Below, one piece after another: positions 50,882 through 64,000 of a stretch of DNA of 64,000 nt. Made by a program: the position numbers and the translations under genes. The stretch is from Eledone cirrhosa (taxonomy: Eukaryota). Under the pieces are notes generated by a model. That model was not told the origin of the DNA, searched no databases, and worked only from the letters and a program-made list of their open reading frames with translations. The stretch is taken from assembly GCA_964016885.1 (NCBI GenBank), contig OZ024742.1, positions 137,454,001 to 137,518,000 on the forward strand, read 5' to 3'. The stretch's first letter is position 1. Each line of letters starts with the position of its first letter.

Positions 50882-53788
50882 TAATTGTTTCTACTTTTGG
50901 CACAAGACCATTAAATACCCAGTGCATTACTGGTACTTTATTTTATCGAACCCGTAAGGCAAAGTTAACTCAGACCGTAAAGGAACGTAATTATGTTGGA
51001 AAGCATGGCGATAGTATCTACCGATACTGCCAATCCACGATAATTATGATAATGATAGTGAAGATGGTGATGATGATGATCATCATCATCATCACATCAT
51101 CATCATCATGGTGATGATGAGCTTGAGGTGGAGGAGAAGGAGGAAGATGACGATGATGATGATGATCATATCCCGCGCAGGTTAACTTTGCCTTTCATCC
51201 TTACAGGGTCGATAAAATAAAGTACCAGTAATGTACTGGGTATTTGCTGGCCTTGTGCCTAAAGTAGAAACAATTATTATGAAAATAATGAGTATGATGA
51301 GGATGATGATGATGATAATAATAACAATGATGATGAGGTCGACAATGGTTAGGAAGAACATATGAATAGTATTTTGTCATTTCTGTTTAACTGATTAAAC
51401 GGTATGTACGTTTGAGCAATATATTTGAAATCATTATTTTTAGAGTACCAAAAGTAGAAATAATTATTTTTAGAGTACATCTTGTTATTATATTATTATT
51501 ATAATGATGTCGTTAGACACCATGTTTTGACGGAGGGTCAGACACCATGCTTTGACGCATAGAGTTACGGCCCTTTCCATTCTGAGTTCTAATCCTGCCG
51601 ACGTCAACTTTGCCTTTCATCCTTACGGGGTCGATAAAATAAAGTACCAGTAATGTACTGGGTATTTGGTGGCCTTGTGCCAAAAGTAGAAACAATTATC
51701 ATGGTGAATTGGCAGTATCGGTAGAGGGTCGGACGCCATGCTTTGACGCATAGAGTTACAGCCCTTGCCATTCTGAGTTCAAATCTCGCCGAAGTTAACT
51801 TTGCCTTTCATCCTTACGGGGTCGATAAAATAAAGTACCAGTAATGTACTGGGATAATTGCTGGCCTTGTGCCAATAGTAGAAACAATTAATATAATTAT
51901 GTCGTTTCTCGATACAACCTCATAAAGTGTTATGTTTTTACACTGTTATTCAACATATCATATTGAACATATGCAACTGTTTTGCAGATAACTAAGCAGT
52001 ATCTTCATGAGCTGGATAGTTTAGCTCTACCTGTAGCTTTAGGGGTAAACACTGGTATGTTTATTATACAAGCCCCTCAATTTTAGTTTGAAAATTAAAA
52101 GATGGCGAACGATATCTGTACGCCTGCTACAGAGAATAGGCGGCCATGCGCAGAATGGAATGGCAAAATTCTAAAACTCAGTGACAGCAGCATCAACAAC
52201 AACAGTAGTAGCAGCAGCAACACCAACAGTAGTAGCTGCAGCAACAACGACAACGACACATCAAGAGAAAATTAGCAATAAAATGTCAACACTGCCACAA
52301 CAACCACAAGAACAATAAAAGAAAATATTAACTCCAAAAACAGACGTGGTTTTCTATTTTCCTTACTCCCCTTAGGTATTCAGTTCTTATCATCTCCTTC
52401 ATTATAATGTCCTTGGTGTTGTCATCCTCCAGAACGTACAAATACCTATATCCCTCTTCAGTGTCGATCCTCTTTATCATTTCACCCATTGGTACCTTTA
52501 TTCCTTTGCAAACTTTATTCCTTTGCAAACTTCCACACTTATTAAAACAAAATTCCACACATATATCATTGCTGAAAATACAAACAGTGTTAACAAATAC
52601 ATCCAACACCTTCTTGCTCTCCCTGAAGAGTTTTAGATCGTACATAAAGAGGAGATGTTGATGGTATGCTCCCCTCTTCCTAGTTCGTGTACTGCCATAA
52701 CATTTTGCAATATGAGGGTAAGGAGTAAAAATTAGGGAGACATACTATCTCCTTGGAAGTTTCCTCCCTTGATTCTCCCAAGGATTCTTCTCCGGATGTT
52801 AGCTTTGTCTTCCATGTCTTTATGCTATTACTTAATAGCAGTCTAATGTTTTCCGCCACCATGACGATTTCCAGACACATGGTTATCCAAGTATGAGAAA
52901 GCATGTAAAATGCCTTCTTGCAATGTATCCATCCCATGACAAGACCATTATGCCTCCTCTAGCAGTTCATTATTACCATGGATTGGCGGTGAATTGGCAG
53001 TATTGGTAGAGGGTCAGACATGCTTTCCAGCGTAGTGACGTGCCTTTACGATCTGAGTTCAAATCCCGCCGAGGTTAACTTTGCCTTTCATCCTTATGGG
53101 GTCGATAAAATAAAGTACCAGTAATGTACTGGCTAATTGCTGGCCTTGTGCCTAAAGTAGAAACAATTATTATCATGGATTGGCAGTATCGGTAGAGGGT
53201 CGGACGCCATGCTTTCCAGCATAGTTACGTCCCTTTAAGATCTTAGTTCAAATCCCGCCGAGGTTGACTTTGCCTTTCATCCTTACGGGGTCGATAAAAT
53301 AAAGTACCAGTAATTGCTGGCCTTGTGCCTAAAGTAGAAACAATTATTACCATCTTGTCAATAAGTAACTGGTCTTATTTCGGCATCCTTTATTTTCCTC
53401 TGTTAATAAGTGGTTTATGTCGATGTTTTGGTAGGTTTCCTGACATAATGTTTGTTAGCAATTTCTATATCAACGACAGACATGTGATAAGCCTATAGTT
53501 CGTAAGGGCATTTCAGCCACTGCGTACTTCACACCATACTAAGCATCATTGATCATGGCCGTCAGTATAGGGTGGAAGATTATTATTATGTGGATTGGTA
53601 GTATCGGTAGAGGGTCTGATTCCATGCTTTGCAGCAAAGTGTTACGGCCCTTTATGGTCTGAGTTCAAATCCCGCCGAGGTTAACTTTGCTTTTCATCCT
53701 CACAGGGTCGATAAAATAAAGCACCAGTAATACACTGGGATAATTGTTGGCCTTGTGCCAAAAGTAGAAACAATTATTATTATTATTG
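50882..53788. mobile_element. SINE cluster: 50882-51038(-), 51171-51280, 51532-51698, 51702-51890, 52985-53172, 53177-53349, 53590-53788 (+)
   Basis: Repeated SINE consensus with (ATT)n tails. Confidence 0.9.
52335..52978 (-). mobile_element. Degenerate Dong/R4-like RT fragment (same family as 707-3120)
   Basis: MGWIHCKKAFYMLSHTW; LFMYDLKLF; DTEEGYRYL; EYLRGVRKI. Confidence 0.8.
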
Positions 53789-53794
53789 CTGTTA

Positions 53795-54913
53795 GTCGCA
53801 CTAAGGCTGCAACATCTACCGATATTCTGCCTAAACGGTGAACAAGTGTGGTCGCCGTTTCTCTGACGGGCCTTTCCGCAGCTCGTCTCTTTGACTGAGC
53901 TGCAGTCCTGGGTGAGGAAGAGACCGAGACTGGGTGACTGGCGCCTGGAATGTTTCCAGGCACTCACTTCCCTCTGCCAGGCGGGCAATGCGGTCAGTGT
54001 AACTTCCACTCTCCAGTTCTATAGAGGATTAGTTGTTGGGAAGTGCGATGACGCACTCGGAGAGGCTCTGGGCGTCAACGAAGTCGAACTAAGCAGTCTG
54101 TTCCGGAGGACTTTCGAGCCGGGGACGACGGATAATTTCCAAAAATCCCTCGCTTGACAGTGCTACGGGGAAGGTCGCTGCCGGTTCGAGATAAACTCTA
54201 CAGGCACGGAAGTGATGACAGACGGACCTGCCCGAGATGCGCGCAGAGCGACGAAACCGTTCTTCACGCACTCGTCCAGTGTCCGTGCATTTCTTATTTG
54301 TGGAATTATGTCGAACAGCTGTTGTCGCGTGTAGAACAGAACCGACTATCGGCCGAGTCCATAGTGAAGGTCAACCCGCCGTTTTCTTTTGGCTAGGAAG
54401 GGCTGGTAATTTTCCTTTGTCTGGTGGCAATAGCGAAAGAGGTTGTATGGTGGACGAGGTTGAAAGGACTGAAGACAGACACTTTTGTCTTCTGCCAATC
54501 CCTCATCAACTTTGTCAAGTTTCACTTGGAAAGGAAGTTGAGGGTGGAGAGAGAAGTGCTGCCCCCCCCCCCCCCATTACATTTGCTGAAAGGTGGGTGA
54601 ATGTGGCGAGAATGGCCCGTGTGAGTGGGCCTACTCTGATAATGCGCCTGTAGGTGGGTAAATTTGAGGAGGAGAGGGGTGCCCTTCCCGGGTGCTCTCG
54701 AAACATCGGGTCGTTCAGGATTGGTGTGGTACCTGAGCGAACCCTGGCTGGTCATCCCTCCTATTGGGGAATTTTTCTTGTTATATTTTTCTTGTTAATT
54801 TGTTATTGTTATTCATATTGTTTACTCGATTTTTCTGTAAAACAAAACTGCCCCAGTCTTTTGTATTGTCCCCTATATGTCGGCCCTTGTGGCCAATAAA
54901 TGAAAAATTATTA
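53795..54913 (+). mobile_element. Tx1/L1-like LINE 3' fragment
   Basis: TELQSWVRKRPRLGDW, VRDKLYRHG, CPRC..DETVLHALVQC. The 3' UTR ends ggcccttgtggccaataaatgaaaaattatta. Confidence 0.88.
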
Positions 54914-55428
54914 CGTTTAACAAAAGAGAGAATATGCATAAATATAATTAAGAAACCACAGACAACAGAAATATGAAACACACATAGTAACTAACGTTAT
55001 CAGATCATAACTTTCCGCCCAATTTATTGTTGTGGACCTCCCATTCAATGAATGTCCAGAAACTCGATTATTTGACTCTCGTGTTTCTGTATTTTATGTG
55101 TGTGTGTGCGTTGTCTGTGTATGTTGCATATGGTCATGCTTGTCTACTCCAGCAATTCAGTCTATTGAATATTTTTTCTTATTGTGTACAGAGAAAAGAG
55201 CAGTTAATAGAGTGATTAATAGATGGAATGATAATACATGTTTGCACGCATGTATGGACGCGCAAACATGCACACACACGCACACACACACATACGCACA
55301 CACAAAACTACACACACACACACACAGCCAAATGCACATTTAAAGACACGCCCGCACGCAGAAGCAAAAGCAACGGCCACACAAGCATAACATATACGTA
55401 CGTTCGCTTAGTCATTTGTATATATTTA

Positions 55429-55467
<39 letters not shown>

Positions 55468-55951
55468 GTTTATGAGTTAGATTCTCGCAGCGGGAAGAAA
55501 GACATTTTATTTCACCACGTATGAGTTCACACAATTGACAAATAGGAATTGAATTCATAATTGAAGAGACCAGCCTGGTCAGACATTGGATTTCGCTGAA
55601 TCTCCCTGTGAACCCGTGCCTTTGGGCTGCTTGGCAATTTACACGTTTATTTTACGATTAGAAAGTTTCGTTGACCGAATCAACAAGAGCACCCATCTTT
55701 GACAACGACGCCAGTCAAGCGAAAACAAAGTATAAATATATTTAAAAATTGAATTAACTTTAAAGTAACTTCCTTTATTTATTAGTGAAAATACTCTAAT
55801 AAAAGTGTATATAACACCGCACAATGGAAGAAAAGGGAATCAACACATGAAGAAATTGATACTGCACCTCATATTGTCGGAATTACTGTGCTGGCCGCTT
55901 ACACCAATCTGTCGACTAGCAGACTAAACGATTTTTATACATCCAAGCTAG

Positions 55952-56091
<140 letters not shown>

Positions 56092-56914
56092 TGCTTATAC
56101 AATGAAAAACGTGTTTGTACATAAACATATAGTAGTCAGATATTCCTATATGTATTCAGATGGATAATCAAATAAGATATCTGCAAGAGAAATATAAAGA
56201 GTAGTACCAGATAGAGAAAAATTACAATGAGTGTGTTGAATTGAAAGTTAGCATGAATAAATCTGACTAGATATCTTACACTACATAACAAGGATGTAAC
56301 AATAAGCGTAAATAATCTAGAAACCAAGTCGATATGACAAAGTATAGTAGACTATATACCTCTGCTTTCCCACACATTTCAGTTATTAATAAATTGTCAA
56401 GGAGAGTAGAAACAAACCTTAATGAAATACGCGTTAGTGAATCATACAGGAAACCAAAGGTTGGGTCTAGTGAGCTCGTGGCTACGTGGTCTCGGTTAAA
56501 TAATTTTGTAAAGTCGGGAAGTTATATAATGAATGTAGCAGTTGTGCGTGACGCTATATATCAAAGAGCTGCCTCCGTTTAATAATAGGAATGGAATTGT
56601 TCAGCTAGTTACTGCCATCTGGCATGGAATGACAGCCATCTGAATTTTCTGTAAAATCAACTAACTTTAAATCCAAAGTTCACTGATTCGTTTCATTTCG
56701 ACGCCGAAAGCATTAATAGAATAATGGTCATATGGTATTGTTTGGTAATATTGTCTTTTTTTTTTAAATTTGATGAATATAAAGGCTAGCTGAAACGGAT
56801 TTGCTGTATGAATCAGTTAGATATTTATTTATTTATTTATATCGTATTATCTCTATATTTCTTACATCCGTTGTGAAATATTAAATGATTCCATGTAGGA
56901 CTGGTATTTCATTT

Positions 56915-57139
<225 letters not shown>

Positions 57140-57429
57140 GAGGTGGAGAATCCATACAATTGTTTTTGTGGTAGTAGAAGTGACAAAAAACACTAGTGCT
57201 GAAGGAAAATTCCATGAACGTGAAGTCAATATTTAACCGACCATGTGATTTCGATCTAGCGAGACGCTCAGTTGCGGTTGTAATACAAATACACATTTTA
57301 TCGTTAATTACTAAAATAAACCTGGACTCACAAAATCTCATCAGTGCACTATCCATTATACCAAAATATATCGCCAAATCTTGGTAGTTGTGTGTGTGTG
57401 TGGAATTCACTGCACAAGCGTCATTGAGA

Positions 57430-58660
57430 GAACGAATATCCTCACAACCCTGATTTTAATTCCTGCCATGCAGCACTCGGCAGCAAACCTATGAAGTGCA
57501 TGGCGGAGGTCCACTTCTAACGAATTAAATAGTACATGTCGTTCACAAATTCCTGCCGATTGATCTTACACCCACCACTCTTCATAAAATTTCAAACCCG
57601 GATGTGCAGGTAAATCCTGTCCCGGAAGATTATATCCAGGAGAGTTGAAAGTACTTAGCCTTGGTGGAGTCCAACACCCATATTGAATGGTTTCGACGTT
57701 TATCCCAACACAAATATTAAGACATTTGTGTTGAGACATCAGGGCAACACAAATTATCCATTGATCTCATACTCCTGCAGAACCTTCCGCAATTGGACCA
57801 GTAGAATGCCGTCATATGACATATTGAGTCCTACGAAACAAATATACACTTGTTGGCAATCTTCCCAAGATTTCTCAAATAACTCTCGCAGTGTTGGTAT
57901 TTGTTCAGCTGTGCTGCATCTGGAGCGAAAAGTACAATGTTCGGCAGTTAGATTTGACTCGACAATATCGCTACATCTATTTGTCAGACACCATAGTCTT
58001 TACCGGGGAAGCTTAACAAGGAATTGCTCTATAATTGGAGGAATCCCACTTTTCTCCCATTTTGAAGATGGAGATTCTCCATCCCGATTGCCATTGCTTC
58101 GGAGATTTTCCAGAGATCCAGGCCACCCGGCACACAGAAATCAGCCAGACAATACCTACTTGTTTAAAGGTGTCGAATTTCTTCCTCCCCAACAGCTTTG
58201 TCAGATTTAAGCACTTTAATTGCTCTTGTCACCTCAGTTCCGGGTGGTTAGTCATCGCTCCCAGATGTACCTCGTGTACATCAGAACATGTTGTTGTGAC
58301 CGGGTTTATGAGATCAGCAAATAATTCTTTTCACCTCGGGAGGTGGCATCTCTCTGAAGAGGTGAGCCACAGACACATTATTGATAGCAGGCGGAGAGGA
58401 AGACTTTTTTTATTGTGAAGCCGAGGAATGATCTACAAGAATACATAATTTGCTCACCTGAACTCAGATTCTCGCTTAAGCCCAAAGTCCTCCCATGTCT
58501 GAACTTGAGAGACCTGCACAGTCTATCTATTTATCTGCCAATAAAAGCAACAGGCACGCAAATTACTCACTCCCAGCACGATGGGATAGTGATTTAAAAT
58601 AAGGATGCCCGACATTTTCGAGGTTCCACAATTTAAATGAGTACACTTAAAATCCAATGA
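57430..58660 (-). mobile_element. Degenerate RTE-like LINE (linker and RT N-terminal part)
   Basis: Minus strand LFEKSWEDCQQVYICFV..SYD and GLHQG..LS; NYRAI upstream. Confidence 0.6.
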
Positions 58661-58777
58661 CGAGGATCAAAAAGAAGGGCAAGCTTGGTGTCATTAGTTA
58701 CAGAATTTATTGTAAATAAATCTTCTTAAACACTCCAATTGCATCTCCAAATTATTTTTCATATATATATATTTCTT

Positions 58778-59522
58778 GTATCCGTCTGTCTCGAGAGACA
58801 ATGGAGATTGCGCCATGGAAGTCAGTCTGTGATGAAACTGCAGCGCCGGATGTGAATGTAGATTCCGATCCTCTAACAGCAGGTCCTGTTGCAGTTGCTG
58901 CATGTGAAGATGATGTCGTCCAAGGGCACAGACTATACTCTCTGGCGTCTGCGTGCTCTTCTTTCTTCCCACTGCTCCTCTCTCATCTGATGTCTTAATG
59001 GCCAACTTGATAGCAAGTTGCCAGTTGCTGCGGTCAGCTGCCACCGCCTCAAGGCCTGATAGTGCAATACCACCCACCTTGAGGTCCCGCTTGCACACGT
59101 ACGTCTTTATAGCGGAGTGTGGGCCTTCCAGTGGTAAGCTCGCCATACAAAGTTTCTTTGAGTATTCTGCCATCCTGCATGCGGCTAACATGGCTGAGCC
59201 AACGCTAACGTCTCTTTGTGAGCAGGTCAAGTATGCTGTGGTTTACTGCCCGTGTAACGATATCCTTGTTAGGAACGTGGTCATGCCATGAAATGCCAAA
59301 GATCCTCCTGGGGTACCGTAGGTGAAAGGTATTGAGCTTGCGTTCTTGGCAAGAATATGGAGTTCAGGCCTCGCTTCCATACTCAGCACGCAGGCTTGGT
59401 ACACTTTGATCTTTTTCTTAGAGTTAGCATGGAGTTTTCCCATACTCTCTTTGACAGGGAGCCATTGCTGCTGATGCTTTTTCGATCTCCAGGATGTGGC
59501 TGCTGGAGATCGTTGAGCCAAG
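58778..59522 (-). mobile_element. RTE (BovB-like) LINE 3' end
   Basis: [38 protein letters not shown]...H..RC zinc finger; tail ccattgtctctcgagacagacggat. Confidence 0.75.
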
Positions 59523-59618
<96 letters not shown>

Positions 59619-59670
59619 TATATATACATACATATATATATATATACAGACACACACACACACATATATA

Positions 59671-60830
59671 TATAATTGGAAAATAGTAAAATCGAATCTC
59701 TGGCTGTTTGCAAGTAAAATCGGCCCACTTATATGAAATGATGAGTTAGCAAAGCACTCGATAAGATAGGGCCTTAGAGTTATAACATACGTTTAAATAG
59801 CTTGAGAAATCGAACATTGTGGTAGGCGAATCCAACACACAATATATACCAAAGTAACGATAGAACTAATCAGGTTGAGAAAAATACACCTGGACAAAAC
59901 GATCAATCGTTTAAAGTGGTTCTTTGAATCCGAAATCAAATATCAGACTTACGTGTCTGGCACGCTCGTGGTATTCATGATCGAACGGAGGATTCAGTTT
60001 TTCAACAGGATTTTCGTTCTACCCAGGACGGAAGTGATAAGCTATGTGTTGCTGCTATATATGCTGCGTATCGTATCTATAGCTGTCACGTGTTAATTTC
60101 GGCAAGGGAAATAACCCCCGGTTTTTGCCGGGGCATTCAAAATGTTAGACAAAGGAAATATTTTAATTTCCGCTAATCATCATGATAAGCTCTCAACTAG
60201 ATGATATCAAACAAACACAAATAATTAATCAATCAACAAAATTGTTTAATTAAATTAATTAGTTAATTATTAAATCTAGGAGAATAATATAATTGGAAAA
60301 TAGTAGAATCGAATCTCTGGCGGTTTGCAAGTAATTTCGGCCTACTTATATGAAATGATGAGTTAGCAAAGCACTCGATAAGTTGGGGCCTTAGAGTAAT
60401 AACATACGTTTAAATAGCTTGACAAATCGAACATTGTCGTAGGCGAATCCAACACACAATATATACCAAAGTAACGATAGAACTAATCAGGTTGAGAAAA
60501 ATACACCTGGACAAAACGATCAATCGTTTAAAGTGTTTCTTTGAATCCGAAGTCAAATATCAGACTTACGTGACTGGCAAGCTCGTGGTATTCATGATCG
60601 AACGGAGGATTCAGTTTTTCAACAGGATTTTCGTTCTACCCAGGACGGAAGTGATAAGCTATATGTTGCTGCTATATATGCTGCGTATCGTATCTATAGC
60701 TGTCACGTGTTAATTTCGGCAAGGGAAATAACCCCCGGTTTTTGCCGGGACATTCAAAATGTTAGACAAAGGAAATATTTTAATTTCCGCTAATCATCAT
60801 GATAAGCTCTCAACTAGATGTTATCAAACA
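59671..60830. repeat. 617-bp tandem duplication (about 1.9 units)
   Basis: 59671-60213 recurs at 60288-60830 with scattered substitutions; both ends abut (TA)n. Confidence 0.95.
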
Positions 60831-60844
60831 TATATATATATATA

Positions 60845-61300
60845 TATATATAAAGTGAAGTTGGGCGTTGTTTGTTTGGTGTCCCGAGCTTGCAGATTAC
60901 ACCGTTCATTCGAGTTTCACGAAACTTGACACATATATAAAACTCGACCCGTAGATTGGAATACGCTACTTGAAACTTTCGGAAAATCGATAATCGGGGC
61001 ACCAAAAGCCAAAAATCGATATTTTAAAAAATTGTCCGATATCAATGAAACTCGATGCATGTGTGTATTTTGATCCGCGGATGAACGTGGGTTACATTAT
61101 ATTTTCAAAGAATCGCTCATCGGACCCCCAGAGGCAAATATCCGGCAACCGAAAAACGCCATTCATCTTGCTTCCATTTGTCGCGACTCCCGCCATGCAA
61201 AAAACGTTCAATCTATCAGGATTATCCACCGTAAGTCTCTTTAAATTAACGCTCACCATATTCAGCCAACCTTTTATGCCGATTCTTCAATTTCTTATAT
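60845..61300 (+). mobile_element. Probable 5' part of a non-autonomous Helitron-like element
   Basis: (TA)n-aaagtgaagttgg..tgtttgtttg start, like the 5' end of the Helitron at 10905-11751. No 3' CTAG terminus identified. Confidence 0.35.
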
Positions 61301-63430
61301 AAGGACTATCAAGACTATAAAGCCGCGTATCATCCTGTATTGCGCCCAATCTTCTCAAGCGATCATCGAGCCTCCATGCACTCTCTTCATTCCCGTGGTC
61401 CCACTACCGTTGCATAATGGGGCATCCGACAACCCCTGCCCTCTCCCTTCCCTGCACGCCGTCGAACCACTGCATCGTTGTGCATCACCATGCGCATCTC
61501 TGCCTTGTCAGCCGCAATTCATTCCCCGGCCCTTTCCGTTGCCTGCCCTCCGTGGTCCCTAAAGATTGCCACGGCTCAACATGCCGAATCCCTGCCACCG
61601 TTCACCCCTGCCCATTTCCATTGCCTACACTCCGGGAGAGCTCAAGACTTCCACGCCTGACCAAGCCGCATGCCTGCCACCGTCAACCCTTGCCCTCTAC
61701 CTTCCCTGCACGCCGTCGTCCCACTGCATCTTCATGCCTCACCATGCCGCATTACTGACCTCTCGCCCACCATCCCCTCCTCAGCCCTTTCTTTTGCTGC
61801 CCGCCGTGCTCCTTCAACATTGCCATGCCTAACCAAGCCGCATCCCTGCCACCATCAAGTCCTGCCCCCTCCCTTCCCTGCACGCCGTCGTCCCACTGCA
61901 TCGTCATGTCTCACCATGCCGCATCCATGCTCTGTCAGCCACCATGCCCTCCCCTTCCCCACGCCTTGGTCCTTCACGAGTGCCATGGCTTACCATGCGT
62001 GATTCCTGCAACCGCCAATCTCGGCCGTCTCCCTTCCCTGCACGCCGTCGACCCACTGCATCGTTATGCCTCACCATGCCGCATTACTGCCCTGTTGGCC
62101 ACCACCCCCTCCTCAGCCCTTACTTTTGCCTGCCGCCGTGCTCCTTCAAGACTGCCATGCCCAACCAAGCCGCATCCCTGCCACCGTCAACCCCTGCCCT
62201 CTCCCTTGCCCGTACGCCTTGGTCCCTCACGACTGCCATGGCTCACCATGCGGCATTCCTGCCCTGTCACCAACTTGCTCAAATGTCATCAGCATGGTTT
62301 ATTCCTGCGCCGCACATAACCTCCCATTATCTCAGACCAAAGACAGCACCGAACATGAAGACGATCCTGTGTAAGTATTTTTACATTCATTTTGACCATA
62401 TTTAACAAAATTAAACAAAAATTCATCCCTTTCTCCTCCAAAGACTACCGATCATGTATGGCTCATACACATCCTGTCTTGCACCCGGTTTTCTCGAACA
62501 ATCATCGTGCTCCCCAGTGCTCTCAATTGGCATGCCGCATCCACGCCCTGTCAGCCGCCATCCACTCCCCGACCCTTTCCACTGCCTAGGCATGGCAGTC
62601 TTGAGCGACCAAGTCGCATCCCTGCCACCGTCAACCCCTGCCTTCTCCGTTCCTGCACGCCGTCGTCCCACTGCATCGTCATGCATCACCATGCTGCATC
62701 AATGCTCTGTCAGCCGCCATCCCCCCCTTGGCCCTTTCTTTTGCCTGCCCGGAGTGCTTCTTAAAGACTGCCATGGTTCACCATGCGGCATCCTTGCCAC
62801 CGTCCACCCTGCTCTCTTCCTTGCCTGCTAGCCGTCGTCCCACTGCATCGTCATGCCTCAGGATGCCGCATCCATGCACTGTCAGCCACCATCCTCTCCA
62901 CGGCCCTTTCTTTTTCCTGACCGCCGTGCTCCTTCAAGACTCCCATGGCTATTTATGCCGCATCAATTCCTTGCCACCCGCTTAAACGTCATCAGCATGG
63001 CTTATTGTTGCCCCATTTGACCACCGATTTTCGCAGGCTAAACACAACACCAACGTGCACGATAGTCCATGATAAATCTGTTTAATTACATGTCCATCAT
63101 GCTAAGCAAAGAATGAATAGCAACTCTTTCATTTCTCCTGACATGCCTTTCTGTCAATTATGGCCGAGAAGCATCCTGTGTAGCATCGCGTCTTCTCAAG
63201 CGATCAGCGTGCCTTCCACTGTCCTCACAATTGACTCACAACGCCGCATCTATTCCCTGCGACGTCCCCAAACATCATCAGCATGGCTTATTTTTCTGCC
63301 GCGTTTAACCGGCCCTCATTCGAGGCCATAAACAACAAAACCGCACGATGATTCTGCGTAAGTCTATTTAAATTAATGGTCAATATGTTCAGCAAAACAA
63401 TTGTACCAATTCTTCCTCTTCACCTCCAAG
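61300..63430. repeat. C-rich degenerate tandem repeat with higher-order structure
   Basis: Motif cctgcacgccgtcg.cccactgcatc recurs at ~61450, 61705, 61877, 62037, 62652 and 62824. Larger blocks end in catcagcatgg at ~62288, 62990 and 63276. Confidence 0.85.
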
Positions 63431-64000
63431 GCCTATCCATTACATCTTAGAGGTCGGGATTCGCAATTTCTACGATTTCAATATTGACACAACTGTCCGT
63501 CATGTTTTTCGCCACATGTTGTTCCGATAGGAATATCAACGTGATTTTCACTTAATTCGTAAGTGTTCAGTCTTCCGTATGCTTTTATTTTTTATTGATA
63601 CAACACAGACTACAATAATCTAACTTTGTAGGCTAGACGCGAATCACAAGGAAAACAATTCTCTGATATACAACCCCACCAAATTCTTTGGTCTACCTAG
63701 ATTTCAATGGCTATATCCTTTGCTTTTGTACGGTTGTACATTTGATAATGTCACAAAACATTATTCCACTTGATTCTTACCTTTCAGCTATGAATTGGGC
63801 AGTGCCTTAAAATCCCGGTTTATTTGCGTGCAATTTTTTGGTATCTTAAGAATCGAGATTCGAAAACCCTTTTTCTCATAACCTGATACATGCGTTACAC
63901 ATGTTCCATGGATGTTTGTGGACTATTTTTTCAAAATACCAATATCACATATTGGAGCAAAAATAAAAAACGTTTGTTCTTCATTTATTTCGGTTAAAGC

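Noticed and set aside
59875-60713. Duplicated 73-aa ORF as a small gene pair
   Set aside because: TTG start, no recognisable motif; explained by the 617-bp tandem duplication.
61417-62985. Pro/His/Cys-rich ORFs
   Set aside because: Open in multiple overlapping frames because the C-rich repeat lacks stop codons; no consistent frame across units.

Overview
AT-rich, microsatellite-laden animal DNA. It is probably intronic or intergenic sequence from an octopod cephalopod, judged from my recall of the SINE family rather than from a search. I found no convincing host protein-coding gene. The long ORFs are either (TA)n/(CA)n/(TAG)n artefacts or decayed transposon ORFs. Recognisable content: Dong/R4-like RLE LINEs, Tx1/L1-like LINEs, RTE LINE fragments, a CRE-like 3' end, two Penelope-like (GIY-YIG) elements, a decayed Gypsy element with odd LTRs, a Helitron, a MITE and about 15 copies of a tRNA-derived SINE. 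The most striking signal is a dense set of type I hammerhead ribozyme motifs from several unrelated repeat families, about 8 with intact cores plus several decayed ones. They include a ~460-bp non-coding family (4 copies, tandem and inverted, with covarying stem I) that looks like a retrozyme or non-autonomous Penelope element, and a 343-bp palindrome carrying a hammerhead on each strand. All folds were paired by eye and none has been tested for activity.
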